From Acidimicrobiia bacterium (lineage in GTDB: Bacteria; Actinomycetota; Acidimicrobiia; Spongiisociales; ZC4RG35): a stretch of DNA of 64,000 nucleotides. Numbering within the stretch: position 1 is the first letter of the stretch; every line of letters begins with the position of its first letter. The notes below the pieces were generated by a model. It was not told the origin of the DNA and did not search any database. It saw only the letters and a program-made list of their open reading frames with translations. Shown piece by piece: positions 19,186 to 31,223 of the stretch. The stretch spans positions 392,910-456,909 of the forward strand of contig OZ242375.1 in assembly GCA_965209025.1 (NCBI GenBank), in the 5' to 3' direction. Both the position numbers and the translations under genes were made by a program.

Positions 19186-19823
19186 TCCAGTTGGGAGGGG
19201 CTTTTCTGGCGGGGTTTGTGATCGGACCGGCGGTGGACGCCTGGATCACTTGGCAGTTGGCGAGGCGCGGTCTGGATAGGCCGGAGTCATGGCGTCCTGC
19301 CAACGGGTGGCTGCTCGCGGCCGCTTTGGGGATGGGATGGGCGGTGGTATTGAAGGAGGTGGGATGGTCCGGCGTGCTGGCCGCCCATCTGGTGTGGGTT
19401 ACGGTGACCGCCTCTGTGGTGATTACCGACTTGGAGCACCGGCTGATCCCCAACCGGATTCTCTATCCGGGCGCAGCGGTCATCGCCGTACTGCTGGTGG
19501 CGGGGGCATTGCTCGACGGGACACCGGGGCGGCTGGGGAGCGCCGCGCTAGGGGCGGGCTTGAGCCTGCTTGGCATGGGAGCGCTGTCGGCCCTGGGACG
19601 GGGAGCGCTGGGGATGGGCGACGTCAAGCTGTCGGCGGTGCTGGGCCTGGTCTGCGGCTATTGGGGCGTCGAGGTGGCCCTGAAGGCGATTCTGTCGGGG
19701 TTTTTGATCGGAGGAGTGGCGGCCCTGGGCCTGATGATCACCCGCCGCGCCCACCGAGGCACCCAACTCCCCTTCGCGCCCTCTCTGGTGGCAGGCGCCT
19801 GGTGGGCGATACTGCTTCCTTGA
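19182..19823 (+). CDS. A24-family prepilin peptidase-like membrane protein
   Basis: ITDLEHRLIPN and GMGDVKL motifs, polytopic membrane protein. Sits in the aro operon as its Rv2551c-like counterpart does in mycobacteria. Confidence 0.75.
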   Translation: MIQLGGAFLAGFVIGPAVDAWITWQLARRGLDRPESWRPANGWLLAAALGMGWAVVLKEVGWSGVLAAHLVWVTVTASVVITDLEHRLIPNRILYPGAAVIAVLLVAGALLDGTPGRLGSAALGAGLSLLGMGALSALGRGALGMGDVKLSAVLGLVCGYWGVEVALKAILSGFLIGGVAALGLMITRRAHRGTQLPFAPSLVAGAWWAILLP

Positions 19824-19920
19824 GACCGCGCATTCGCGGGGAGTCGCGGTTGAATGCCTGTGGCCGCTGGGAGGAGAGCCTGCAGTGGCTGGGTGCCTTG
19901 TGGCAGGTAGCATCTGGGAC

Positions 19921-21078
19921 ATGCTTCGGTTCTTGACTGCAGGTGAGTCCCACGGGCCCGGGCTGGTGACCATCGTGGAGGGAGTGCCGGCCGGGTTGGC
20001 GTTCAGCGCCGAGGACCTGGCCGGGGAATTGGCGCGCCGGCGGATGGGGTACGGCAGGGGGAACCGGATGAAGCTGGAGCGCGACGAGTTGGAGATTATG
20101 GGAGGGGTGCGTCATGGCTACACCCTGGGGAGCCCGGTGGCGGTGATCATCCGCAACACCGAGTGGGCCAAGTGGGAGGAGGAGATGAGTCCCTTCCCCG
20201 GACGTGAGCCGCGCCGGCGAATGACCACCCCGCGACCGGGGCATGCCGACCTAGCGGGGATGATCAAATACAACACCCACGACGCCCGCAACGTCCTGGA
20301 ACGGGCGTCGGCGCGGGAGACCGCGGCCCGGACCGTGGTCGGGTACCTGTGCAAGGTGTTGCTGGCGGCGCTGGACGTGAGCGTGTTCAGCCATGTGGTA
20401 GCGATCGGGGAAGCCTCCGCTCCCGACCATCCCCTCCCGGTTCCCACCGATCTGACGACCATCGACCAATCGCCGGTGCGGGTGTTCCACTCCCAGGCGG
20501 AGGCGGCGATGGTTGCCGAGATCGAAACGGCCAAGGCGGACCGTAACACCCTGGGCGGGGTGGTGGAGGTCCTGGCCTACGGGCTGCCGCCCGGCATCGG
20601 CAGCCACGTTCACTGGGACCGCAAACTGGACGGGTTGCTGGCGGGGGCGCTGATGTCCATCCACGCCATCAAGGGAGTGGAGATTGGGGACGGTCTCCGT
20701 TCCGCCGCCCGGCGGGGCACCGTTGCCCATGATGAGATCTTCTACGAGGACGAGGAGGGGTACTTCCGGGAGACCAATCGGGCGGGGGGTACCGAAGGTG
20801 GCATCACTCTGGGCGGGATTCTCCGGGTTCGGGCGGCCATGAAGCCCATCTCCACAGTGATGCGTCCCCTGAACACCGTGAACGTGGATACCCGTGAACC
20901 GCAGAAGGCCTTTCGGGAACGGTCCGATGTCTGCGCGGTTCCGGCGGCGGGAGTGGTTGCCGAGCAAATGGTGGCTTTCGTTCTGGCCCAAGAAGTGCAG
21001 AGGATGGTGGGGGGCGACACGGTGGAGGATCTGCTGGCGGGATGGCGGTCCCATTGGAGAAAGGTGGAGCAGTTCTGA
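19921..21078 (+). CDS. aroC: chorismate synthase
   Basis: MLRFLTAGESHGPGL... with full-length collinearity. Confidence 0.9.
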   Translation: MLRFLTAGESHGPGLVTIVEGVPAGLAFSAEDLAGELARRRMGYGRGNRMKLERDELEIMGGVRHGYTLGSPVAVIIRNTEWAKWEEEMSPFPGREPRRRMTTPRPGHADLAGMIKYNTHDARNVLERASARETAARTVVGYLCKVLLAALDVSVFSHVVAIGEASAPDHPLPVPTDLTTIDQSPVRVFHSQAEAAMVAEIETAKADRNTLGGVVEVLAYGLPPGIGSHVHWDRKLDGLLAGALMSIHAIKGVEIGDGLRSAARRGTVAHDEIFYEDEEGYFRETNRAGGTEGGITLGGILRVRAAMKPISTVMRPLNTVNVDTREPQKAFRERSDVCAVPAAGVVAEQMVAFVLAQEVQRMVGGDTVEDLLAGWRSHWRKVEQF

Positions 21079-21590
21079 CCCCGAAGCTGTGGCTGATCGG
21101 GATGATGAGTTCCGGGAAGACCAAGGTGGGCCGCATGTTGTCCCGGCGGAGCGGGTTTCCCTTCCTGGATGTGGATGACGAGATCGTGGAGCGGGCCGGC
21201 ATGACCATCCCCCAGATTTTCGCCGAACGGGGAGAGCCGGCCTTCCGGATGATGGAATCCCAAGAGGTGGCTCGCATCTGCCGGACCGGAGGCCGACTGG
21301 TGGTGGCCACCGGAGGCGGAGCGATCCTCGACGCCGAGAGCCGCAGGCTGATGCGGCACAGCGGTCTGGTGGTGTGGCTCGACCCGCCGCTCTCCTCTCT
21401 GATCGCCAAGGGCAAGACGGCCAACCGCCCCCTTCTGCAGGGTCATGCCGACCTGGGGGCTCGATACACCGAGATCTGGGAGTCCCGCAAGCACCTTTAT
21501 GAAGAGACCGCGCACCTGCGGATGGACATGGACGGCAAGACCCGGGAACTGGTGGCCGAGGAAGTGTGGAAACTGTGGAAAGCATCCTGA
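21042..21590 (+). CDS. aroK: shikimate kinase
   Basis: LIGMMSSGKTKVGR Walker A and DVDDEI. The start may be slightly downstream of 21042. Confidence 0.85.
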   Translation: MAVPLEKGGAVLTPKLWLIGMMSSGKTKVGRMLSRRSGFPFLDVDDEIVERAGMTIPQIFAERGEPAFRMMESQEVARICRTGGRLVVATGGGAILDAESRRLMRHSGLVVWLDPPLSSLIAKGKTANRPLLQGHADLGARYTEIWESRKHLYEETAHLRMDMDGKTRELVAEEVWKLWKAS

Positions 21591-22633
21591 TCGGAGAGGA
21601 GTGCGAGATCCTCGTCTCCGAGGGCCTGCCCGCTCCTCTCCTTCCTCCCCGTCCCCGAGATCCCCGGTCCCGGGTGGTGGTGCTCACTCAGCCCGGAGCA
21701 GCCTCCCGCGTGGGCGCCGCGGCGGTGTCCCGCATGGCGGAGGATGCCTCGGCGACGGAAGCCGATCCGGTGGCTGTCCACACGGTGCAGATACCCGACC
21801 GCGAGGAGGCCAAGACCCTCCGGGTAGTGGAGGAGGTCTACCGGGCACTCGACCGTCACCGGATGGACCGCCACGACACGATCGTGGGAGTGGGGGGCGG
21901 AGCTGCCACCGACCTGGCCGGGTTCGTAGCAGCCACCTGGCTCCGGGGAGTGGAGGCGGTGTATGTCCCCACCACCCTCCTGGGGGCGGTGGACGCCGCC
22001 ATCGGGGGGAAGACCGGGGTCAACCGGGAGGGAAAGAACCAGGTGGGCGTTTTCCGCCATCCCCGGAGGGTGGCGATCAGTGTCGAGGTCCTGAGATCCC
22101 TTCCCCGTCCACTCCTGGTGGAGGGCATGGGGGAGGCCCTGAAGGCCGGGCTCATCGCAGACCCGCGGTTGGTGGAAGTCCTGGAATCCGACGGGCTGGG
22201 CGCTTCGCTCACCGAGGTGGTGACCCGGGCGGTGCGGGTGAAGGCGGAGGTGACCGCCGGCGACTTCTTCGAGACGGGCCGACGGGCGATCCTCAATTAC
22301 GGTCACACGGTGGGCCACGCGGTGGAGACCGCCACCGGCATTCCGCACGGCCACGCGGTGGCGGTGGGCATGGTGGCCGCCGGGGCGATCTCGGAGCGGA
22401 AGACGGGGTTCTCTCAAGCGGAACGCCAGCGGGAGGTCATTGCCTCTTTGGGACTGCCGGTCGCCTCCCCGCCGGTTCCCCGCCCGGTATTGGTGGACCT
22501 GGTGGGAAAGGACAAGAAACGGCGAGGCGGGTCCCTGCCCAAGATGGTGCTCCTGGAGGAGTTCGGGAAGCCGGTGGTGGTCGACGTCACCCTCGACGAC
22601 CTGGAGGTGGGGTTGGCGGCGGTGGGGTTGTGA
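21566..22633 (+). CDS. aroB: 3-dehydroquinate synthase
   Basis: GGGAATDLAGF...GGKTGVN...NYGHTVGHA. Confidence 0.9.
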   Translation: METVESILIGEECEILVSEGLPAPLLPPRPRDPRSRVVVLTQPGAASRVGAAAVSRMAEDASATEADPVAVHTVQIPDREEAKTLRVVEEVYRALDRHRMDRHDTIVGVGGGAATDLAGFVAATWLRGVEAVYVPTTLLGAVDAAIGGKTGVNREGKNQVGVFRHPRRVAISVEVLRSLPRPLLVEGMGEALKAGLIADPRLVEVLESDGLGASLTEVVTRAVRVKAEVTAGDFFETGRRAILNYGHTVGHAVETATGIPHGHAVAVGMVAAGAISERKTGFSQAERQREVIASLGLPVASPPVPRPVLVDLVGKDKKRRGGSLPKMVLLEEFGKPVVVDVTLDDLEVGLAAVGL

Positions 22634-22655
22634 TTACCTACACTTCGGCCTGCTG

Positions 22656-23209
22656 ATGATCTCCACCAACGATTTGCGTCCCGGCATGGCCCTGGAACTT
22701 CCCGACGGGGTGTTTTCAATCGTCACCTACCAGCATGTCAAGCCGGGGAAGGGAAGGGCTTTCGTGCGAATGAAGCTGAAGAATGCCGAGACCGGCCAGG
22801 TGCTGGACCGGACATTCCGGGCGGATGAGGACGTGCCGCAGGCGATCATCTCCAGGAGGGACCACCAGTACCTGTACCAGGATGACCTGGGTTTCCACTT
22901 CATGAATCTCGAGGACTACTCCCAGTTCGCCCTCTCCGCCTCCGACGTCGGCAACGACGCTGGTTACCTGGTGGAAGGTATGACCATGACTATCGCCTTC
23001 CACCGGGAGCGCCCGATAGGCATGGAACTGCCTCCCTCCGTGGAGATGGAGGTCACCTTCGCCGAGCCGGCGGTGAAGGGAGACCGGGTGTCGGGCGCCA
23101 CCAAGGAGGTGACCGTCGAGACCGGCATCAGTGTCAAGACGCCGCTCTTCGTGTCCCAGGGTGACCGCATCCGGGTGGACACCCGCACCGGCGCCTATCT
23201 CACCAGGGT

Positions 23210-23213
<4 letters not shown>
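22656..23213 (+). CDS. efp: elongation factor P
   Basis: MISTNDLRPGM...KPGKGRAFVRMKLKN. 185 aa. Confidence 0.9.
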
Positions 23214-24844
<1,631 letters not shown>

Positions 24845-24851
24845 GCCGGAT

Positions 24852-27800
24852 ATGCCCGCCCGTTCCGACATCCGCTCCATCCTCCTGGTGGGATCGGGTC
24901 CCATCGTGATCGGCCAGGCCTGTGAGTTCGACTACTCGGGCACCCAGGCAGCCAAGGCGCTGCGGGGGGAGGGGTACCGGGTGGTGCTGGTCAACTCCAA
25001 CCCGGCCACCATCATGACCGATCCCGAGTTCTCGGACCAGACCTATGTGGAGCCCATCACCCCCGAGGTCGTGGAGAGGATCATCGACCGCGAGCGTCCC
25101 GACACCCTGCTCCCTACATTGGGAGGGCAGACCGCGTTGAACATCACCGCCGAGTTGGTGAGGAGGGGGACGTTGGATCGGTACGGGGTGGAACTGATCG
25201 GAGCCGGCATGGAGGCCATCGAACGCGCCGAGGACCGGGGGAGGTTCCGGGAGGTGATGGCCGAGGCGGGGATGGAGACTCCCCGGGCCGGGTACGCCAG
25301 GTCGATGGCCGATGCGCGCCGGATCGCCGCAGACCTCGGTTACCCGCTGATGATCAGGCCCTCGTACATACTGGGCGGGGGCGGGACGGGGATGGCGCAC
25401 GACGCAGGGCAGTTCGAGGAGGTGGCGCGCAGGGGTCTGGACGCGTCCCCGGTCTCGGAGATCCTGGTTGAGGAGTCGGTGGAGGGATGGAAGGAATTCG
25501 AGTTGGAGGTGATGAGGGACCACGCCGACAACGCGGTGGTCATCTGCTCGATAGAGAACCTGGACGCCATGGGGGTCCACACCGGGGACTCGATTACCGT
25601 GGCGCCGGTCCAGACCCTGTCGGACCGGGAGTACCAGGAGATGCGGGACGACGGGATCGAGGTGCTCCGGGCCATCGGGGTGGCCACCGGGGGATCCAAC
25701 GTGCAGTTCGCGGTGGAACCGGAGACCGGGCGGCGGCTGGTGATCGAGATGAATCCCCGAGTCTCCCGCTCCTCTGCCCTGGCTTCCAAGGCCACGGGCT
25801 TTCCCATCGCCAAAATCGCCGCGCTGCTGGCGGTGGGCTACACCCTGGATGAGATCACCAACGACATCACCGGGCTCACCCCGGCGTCTTTCGAACCGGC
25901 CCTCGACTACGTGGTGGTGAAGGCGCCCCGCTTCGACTTCGCCAAGTTTCCGGCCACCCCCCGCCGTCTGGGCTCTTCCATGCAGAGCGTGGGGGAGGCG
26001 ATGGCGATCGGCCGCACCTTCCCGGAGGCACTGCAGAAGGCGCTGCGGAGCCTGGAGACCGGCCGGATGGGACTGGGCGCCGACCCGGGTTCGAAGCAAT
26101 TGGAGAAGCTCACCGCAACAGAACTCTCGGAACTGCTGACGACCCCCACCCCCGACCGGGTGACAGCCGTCGGCGAGGCGCTCCGAAGAGGATGGTCCCC
26201 CGATGAGGTGTCCCGGCTCACCGCCTACGACCCCTGGTTCACCGAGCAGATCCTCGAGATCGTCGAGCTTCGTGAAGAGTTGATGGCGCGGGGCCCGCAG
26301 GAGGAGTTGTGGGAGGAGGCCAAGCGCTACGGATTCTCCGACGCGCAACTCTCCTACCTGTGGGGGAAGAGCGAAGGGGAGGTTCGCCGCGCCCGGCTGT
26401 CTCGGGGGATCCGCCGTACCTACAAGACGGTGGACACCTGTGCCGCCGAGTTCGCCGCGCAAACCCCCTACATGTACGGAACTTTCGAGGATGAGGACGA
26501 AGTGCCGCCCGCCACCCGTCCCAGGGTGGTGGTGCTGGGGGCGGGTCCCAACCGGATCGGGCAGGGGATCGAGTTCGACTACTGCTGCGTGCAGGCGGCC
26601 TTCGCCCTGGGAGACGCCGGATACGAGACGGTGATGGTCAACTGCAATCCCGAAACGGTCTCCACCGACTACGACACCTCCCATCGTCTCTACTTCGAGC
26701 CTTTGACGGTGGAGGATGTTCTCGATGTAATAGCCGCTGAGGAGCCGGTGGGTGTGATAGTCCAGTTCGGCGGCCAGACCCCGCTCAACCTGGCCAAGCG
26801 ACTCGCCGAGGCGGGGGCGCCGATATCGGGCACCTCTCCGGCCTCAATCGACCTGGCGGAGGACCGTGAGCGGTTCTCGGTCCTGTGCAAACGCTTGGGG
26901 ATTTCCCAACCCCGCCACGGCTTGGCCCGCTCCCGCAGCGAGGCGCGCCACGTGGTGGCGGAAATGGGCTTTCCGGTGGTGGCCAGGCCGTCGTTCGTGC
27001 TCGGGGGAAGACGGATGGAGGTACTCGGAAACTCCGATGACTTGGAGCGCTATCTGGAGGGGGTGTACGGGAGCGTCGACGAAGCCGATCTGGCCGGAGC
27101 CCCTCTCCTGATCGATTCTTTCCTGGAGTCGGCGATCGAGATCGACGTGGACGCCGTCTATGACGGGCACGAGCTGCTGATGGGGGGGATAATGGAGCAC
27201 GTCGAGGAGGCCGGCGTTCACTCCGGGGACTCGGCCTGCATCACGCCTCCCCGCACCCTGGGACCCCCCGCCCGGAAGACCATCCACGAGATGACCGCCT
27301 CCCTGGCCGCGGCTCTGGGTGTGAGGGGTCTCATCAACGTCCAGTACGCCGTCCAGGGCGAGGAGGTGTTCCTGCTGGAAGCCAACCCCCGCGCCTCGCG
27401 CACCGTCCCCTTCATCTCCAAGGTGCGAGGCCTCCCTCTCGCCAAGCTGGCGGCGCGGGTGATGATGGGCGCCTCCCTTCGGGAGTTGCGGTCCGAAGGC
27501 CTGTACGGGGATGAGGAGGAGTCCCCGATGGTTGGAGTCAAGGAAGCGGTCCTGCCATGGGAGCGCTTTCCGAGTTCTCATCCGGTGCTGGGCCCGGAGA
27601 TGCGCGCCACCGGGGAGGTGATGGGAGTCGGGATCGATTGGAAGACGGCCTACGGGAAGGCGCTCCTCGGTGCGGGCGACCGGTTGGTGAAAGAGGGATC
27701 GGTGCTGATGCTGCTGGCGGAGGACGATGTCTCTTCGGGAGCGACGCTCATCGAGGCATGGGCCCGGAGTGGCATGTCTCAAGTGGCCGACCACCGGACG

Positions 27801-28082
27801 GCCGCGGCTTGGGACAGCAGGAATGTGAAGTCACTGGGGCCGGGGGAGGAGGGGCGCCGGCAGGCCTTGGACCTGGTCGAATCGGGGGAGGCGACGCTGG
27901 TGGTCAACACCTATGGGACCGACGTTTCCCGCTTCGACGGCCGAGAACTCTACAGGGCCGCTCGCCGGCGGGGGATCCCCTACATGACCACCCTGGCTGC
28001 GGCCGGCGCCGCGGCGGAGATACTCTGCTCGAACCTCGACGCCATCGGGGTTCCCCGCAGCCTTCAGGACTGGCGTCCATGA
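24852..28082 (+). CDS. carB: carbamoyl-phosphate synthase large subunit
   Basis: [33 protein letters not shown] with duplicated ATP-grasp halves. 1076 aa. Confidence 0.95.
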   Translation: MPARSDIRSILLVGSGPIVIGQACEFDYSGTQAAKALRGEGYRVVLVNSNPATIMTDPEFSDQTYVEPITPEVVERIIDRERPDTLLPTLGGQTALNITAELVRRGTLDRYGVELIGAGMEAIERAEDRGRFREVMAEAGMETPRAGYARSMADARRIAADLGYPLMIRPSYILGGGGTGMAHDAGQFEEVARRGLDASPVSEILVEESVEGWKEFELEVMRDHADNAVVICSIENLDAMGVHTGDSITVAPVQTLSDREYQEMRDDGIEVLRAIGVATGGSNVQFAVEPETGRRLVIEMNPRVSRSSALASKATGFPIAKIAALLAVGYTLDEITNDITGLTPASFEPALDYVVVKAPRFDFAKFPATPRRLGSSMQSVGEAMAIGRTFPEALQKALRSLETGRMGLGADPGSKQLEKLTATELSELLTTPTPDRVTAVGEALRRGWSPDEVSRLTAYDPWFTEQILEIVELREELMARGPQEELWEEAKRYGFSDAQLSYLWGKSEGEVRRARLSRGIRRTYKTVDTCAAEFAAQTPYMYGTFEDEDEVPPATRPRVVVLGAGPNRIGQGIEFDYCCVQAAFALGDAGYETVMVNCNPETVSTDYDTSHRLYFEPLTVEDVLDVIAAEEPVGVIVQFGGQTPLNLAKRLAEAGAPISGTSPASIDLAEDRERFSVLCKRLGISQPRHGLARSRSEARHVVAEMGFPVVARPSFVLGGRRMEVLGNSDDLERYLEGVYGSVDEADLAGAPLLIDSFLESAIEIDVDAVYDGHELLMGGIMEHVEEAGVHSGDSACITPPRTLGPPARKTIHEMTASLAAALGVRGLINVQYAVQGEEVFLLEANPRASRTVPFISKVRGLPLAKLAARVMMGASLRELRSEGLYGDEEESPMVGVKEAVLPWERFPSSHPVLGPEMRATGEVMGVGIDWKTAYGKALLGAGDRLVKEGSVLMLLAEDDVSSGATLIEAWARSGMSQVADHRTAAAWDSRNVKSLGPGEEGRRQALDLVESGEATLVVNTYGTDVSRFDGRELYRAARRRGIPYMTTLAAAGAAAEILCSNLDAIGVPRSLQDWRP

Positions 28083-28735
28083 GTTCGGGAACCGAGCGGG
28101 TGCTTGTCCGGCTGGTCGGAGCGGACGCTGAGGCCACGATCCGGACAGCCCAGGAACTTAGCGGAAGGGTGGGCGGTTGGGTGATAGGCATGGACTTGCT
28201 CTTGGACTGCGGCCCGATCCTGGTGGGGGCTTTGTGCGCTCTGGGGAAACCGATCCTTGTCGATCTGAGCCTCTTGGCGCGGCCCTCGGTGGTGGCGAGG
28301 GCGGTGGCGCGCATGGGGAAGCTGGGGGCGCGGTGGGTGAGCGTGTCGGGCATGGGCGGCCGCAGAGCCGTGGAGGCGGCGGTCGACGCCGGGGGACACT
28401 ATCCGGACACCGAGGTGACGGTCTCGGCCTCCCCGGCGGGGTGGCTCGGTGAGGACGAGCTGAGAGGACTGGGAATCAGGGATACTCCGGGCCAGCAGGT
28501 CTCTCGGATCACCAAACTCGCTCTTCGATGCGCCGCCGACGGCATCGTCTTCCCGGCCCGCGAGCTTGGGGTGGCGGTCCAGGCTTCGGGAAAAACAGAA
28601 CGCCTCTCCAGAATCGCCGAAGCTCCCGACCGTCTATCCTCATGGGGAAACATGGCTGAGATGGCCGACATCCTTGCCGGAGGCGCCCACTGGGTGATTG
28701 CCCGGGAGCACACGGTCCTCGGGAGTGACCTGTGA
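28079..28735 (+). CDS. orotidine-5'-phosphate decarboxylase-like protein with a degenerate catalytic signature
   Basis: Same position (after carB) and fold-level collinearity with type-1 PyrF. The conserved DxKxxD-I-P-x-T box reads [11 protein letters not shown]. The ATGA start overlaps the carB stop. Confidence 0.55.
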   Translation: MSSGTERVLVRLVGADAEATIRTAQELSGRVGGWVIGMDLLLDCGPILVGALCALGKPILVDLSLLARPSVVARAVARMGKLGARWVSVSGMGGRRAVEAAVDAGGHYPDTEVTVSASPAGWLGEDELRGLGIRDTPGQQVSRITKLALRCAADGIVFPARELGVAVQASGKTERLSRIAEAPDRLSSWGNMAEMADILAGGAHWVIAREHTVLGSDL

Positions 28736-28782
28736 GGGCACGGTTTTTCATGCTGGCCCCCGATGATGGTATGGTACGCGTT

Positions 28783-28799
28783 CGGTTTACGAAGTGTTA
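28783..28799. promoter_or_regulatory. perfect inverted repeat GTGTTA-acttc-TAACAC upstream of mihF
   Basis: 6-bp arms with a 5-nt spacer, 50 nt upstream of the mihF ATG. Candidate operator. Confidence 0.3.
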
Positions 28800-28848
28800 A
28801 CTTCTAACACACCAGTATTGACCGTCCGACTTGGTGATAAGGAGAATC

Positions 28849-29157
28849 ATGAACCCACCACCTCTAACCTCAGAGCAGCGCAGGAAAGCTCTTGCCAAGG
28901 CAGCAGCCGTTCGCAAGGGCCGGGCAGAGATCAAGGCTGACTTGAGCGACCGGCGGGTAACCATCGCCGAGTTACTGGAGCGCACCGATGATCCACTGGT
29001 GGGGGGAATGAAGGTGTCGGCGGTGCTGTCGTCATTACCGGGAATCGGCAAGCAGCGTACGCAACAGCTCATGGCGAGGGTAGGCATACTTGAGAACCGG
29101 CGTCTGCGGGGCCTGGGATACCGCCAGCGGGAAGCCTTGATCAAAGAACTGTCCTGA
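28849..29157 (+). CDS. mihF: actinobacterial integration host factor mIHF
   Basis: LTSEQRRKALAKAAAVRKGRAE...KVSAVLSSLPGIGK...RRLRGLGYRQREAL. AAGGAG RBS 5 nt upstream of the ATG. Confidence 0.85.
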   Translation: MNPPPLTSEQRRKALAKAAAVRKGRAEIKADLSDRRVTIAELLERTDDPLVGGMKVSAVLSSLPGIGKQRTQQLMARVGILENRRLRGLGYRQREALIKELS

Positions 29158-29176
29158 GAGGAGACGCCGCGAGGTC

Positions 29177-29755
29177 TTGACCAAGCTTTCGAGCCTGGTT
29201 TTGGTGGTGTCCGGCCCTTCGGGGGTCGGGAAGTCGACTGCGCTGGCCGAGTTGGCCGAGTTGGAAGAGGTTGAGGTGGTTGTCTCGTTCACCACCAGGT
29301 CGCGCCGCCAGGACGAGACCGACGCGGTGGATTACCATTTCGTGGACGAGGAGACCTTCAGGGAGATGGTCAGCCGGGACGGGTTCTTGGAGTGGGTCAC
29401 CTACGACGGGCATTTCTACGGCACTCCCCAGCGGGCTGTCGAAGAGGTCCTGGAGCGGGGAAAGGTGGCTGTGCTGGAGATCGAGCGGCAGGGAGCATTG
29501 GCAGTCAAGCGGACATTCCCCCAGACGGTCGCAGTGCTGCTGGAACCCCCTTCACGGGGTGACCTGGAGGCGAGATTGCGCTCCCGGGGCGCGTCCGGCG
29601 AATTCGTGGATCGTCGCCTGGCCCTGGCGGAGCGGGACGACCCGATGCAAGGCGACCTGTACGACGAGATCGTGACCAGCGCCGAAACAAGCGAAACCGT
29701 GGAGGCTTTGGTCCGTATAATTGAGACGCGTTACCAGCCCTCGGCGCCGGACTAA
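29177..29755 (+). CDS. gmk: guanylate kinase
   Basis: VVSGPSGVGKST P-loop plus the guanylate kinase fold. TTG start. Confidence 0.9.
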   Translation: MTKLSSLVLVVSGPSGVGKSTALAELAELEEVEVVVSFTTRSRRQDETDAVDYHFVDEETFREMVSRDGFLEWVTYDGHFYGTPQRAVEEVLERGKVAVLEIERQGALAVKRTFPQTVAVLLEPPSRGDLEARLRSRGASGEFVDRRLALAERDDPMQGDLYDEIVTSAETSETVEALVRIIETRYQPSAPD

Positions 29756-29777
29756 CTTTGAGAGGCGGCCTTTGAGA

Positions 29778-30035
29778 ATGAAAATCGAAGAAGTAGTAGA
29801 TCGGATTGGAAATCGATTCTCGTCCGTGGTGGTGTCGGCTCGCCGCGCCCGTGACATTCAGGGGTACTACGCCCATTTGGGACAGGGCATAGGAAAGTTC
29901 ATCCCGCCCCAAGTGCACACCTACGCCCGGAAGCCCTTGACCATCGCCATGGAGGAGATTGTGGAAGGCAAGGTGGTTTTGGGTTCCTCCGAGGACTCTG
30001 AAGAGAGCGAAGACCCCGAAACCCCGGAACTCTGA
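29778..30035 (+). CDS. rpoZ: DNA-directed RNA polymerase subunit omega
   Basis: MKIEEVVDRIGNRFSSVVVSARRARDIQ. Confidence 0.85.
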   Translation: MKIEEVVDRIGNRFSSVVVSARRARDIQGYYAHLGQGIGKFIPPQVHTYARKPLTIAMEEIVEGKVVLGSSEDSEESEDPETPEL

Positions 30036-31216
30036 TGATCGGGGGCCGCCGTGTCCTGCTGGCGGTGACGGGGGGAGTGGCAGCCTTCAAGGTGGCCACC
30101 TTGGCCCGGATGCTGGTAGACCATGGAGCCGAAGTGCGGACTGTCATGACCGCCTCATCCCTCAGGTTCCTGGGCGCCAACACCATGGCGGCCATCACCG
30201 GTCGGCCGGTGATCACCGACCTCTTCGATTCTCCTGATTCGGTCAGTCCCCACACGGAAGCCGCCGAGTGGGCTGACCTGGTGGTGGTGGTCCCCGCCAC
30301 TGCCGCCTCCCTCTCCCGGCTGGCTCATGGTCAGGCCTCCGACCCCGTCTCGGCGACGGTGTTGGCCGCCACCTGCCCGATCGCAGTGGCTCCGGCGATG
30401 CACACCGCGATGTGGGAGCACCCGGCGACCAGACGCAACGTGACCACCCTCCGATCTGACGGAGTGGCAGTGCTGGGCCCGGTGAGCGGTCGCCTGGCGG
30501 GAGGTGACAGGGGAGCGGGCAGGATGGTGGAGCCCGAACAGGTCTTCTCAATGATCGAGGCCATGTTCGAAGCCCCGCTACGGGGAGTCCGGGTGGTGGT
30601 GACCGCGGGGGGTACCCGGGAGGCGATCGATCCGGTCCGGTTCTTGAGCAACCACTCCTCGGGCAAGATGGGCCACGCGGTGGCGGCCGAGGCGGCTCGT
30701 AGAGGAGCGGAAACCACCCTGGTCACCTGCTCTCGCCTGGAATCGCCCCCCGGTGTGAAGCGCGTGGATGTGGTCTCCGCCCACGACATGGCCGAGGCGG
30801 TGGGATCCATCGAGGTGGATGTGGCGGTGATGACCGCCGCGGTGGCCGATTTTCGTCCCAAGACCGCCCAGACGAGCAAGCTGGCTCGAGGGGATGGGCT
30901 GCGGATGTTGGAGTTGGAGGCCACCCGTGATGTGCTGGGCGAGGTCTTGGCGCGAGGACGGCGTCCCCGGGTGGTGGTCGGATTCGCCGCCGAGACAGGG
31001 GGCGTGGAGAGGGCGGTCCGGAAGGCGAAGTCAAAGGGCGTCGACCTGATGGTCGCCAACGACGTCACCATTCCCGGGTCGGGCTTCGAATCCGACAACA
31101 ACCAGGTCACCCTGATCCGACGCGACGGCGAGACGGAGTCCTGGCCGCTCCAGTCCAAAGTGCGGGTTGCCGAGCGACTTTGGGACGAGATCGCCCTCAT
31201 GCTGGAAGAGAATTGA
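30035..31216 (+). CDS. coaBC: bifunctional phosphopantothenoylcysteine decarboxylase / phosphopantothenate-cysteine ligase
   Basis: VLLAVTGGVAAFK flavoprotein N-terminus with a CoaB C-terminal half. The ATG overlaps the rpoZ stop. Confidence 0.9.
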   Translation: MIGGRRVLLAVTGGVAAFKVATLARMLVDHGAEVRTVMTASSLRFLGANTMAAITGRPVITDLFDSPDSVSPHTEAAEWADLVVVVPATAASLSRLAHGQASDPVSATVLAATCPIAVAPAMHTAMWEHPATRRNVTTLRSDGVAVLGPVSGRLAGGDRGAGRMVEPEQVFSMIEAMFEAPLRGVRVVVTAGGTREAIDPVRFLSNHSSGKMGHAVAAEAARRGAETTLVTCSRLESPPGVKRVDVVSAHDMAEAVGSIEVDVAVMTAAVADFRPKTAQTSKLARGDGLRMLELEATRDVLGEVLARGRRPRVVVGFAAETGGVERAVRKAKSKGVDLMVANDVTIPGSGFESDNNQVTLIRRDGETESWPLQSKVRVAERLWDEIALMLEEN

Positions 31217-31223
31217 CGGAGGG

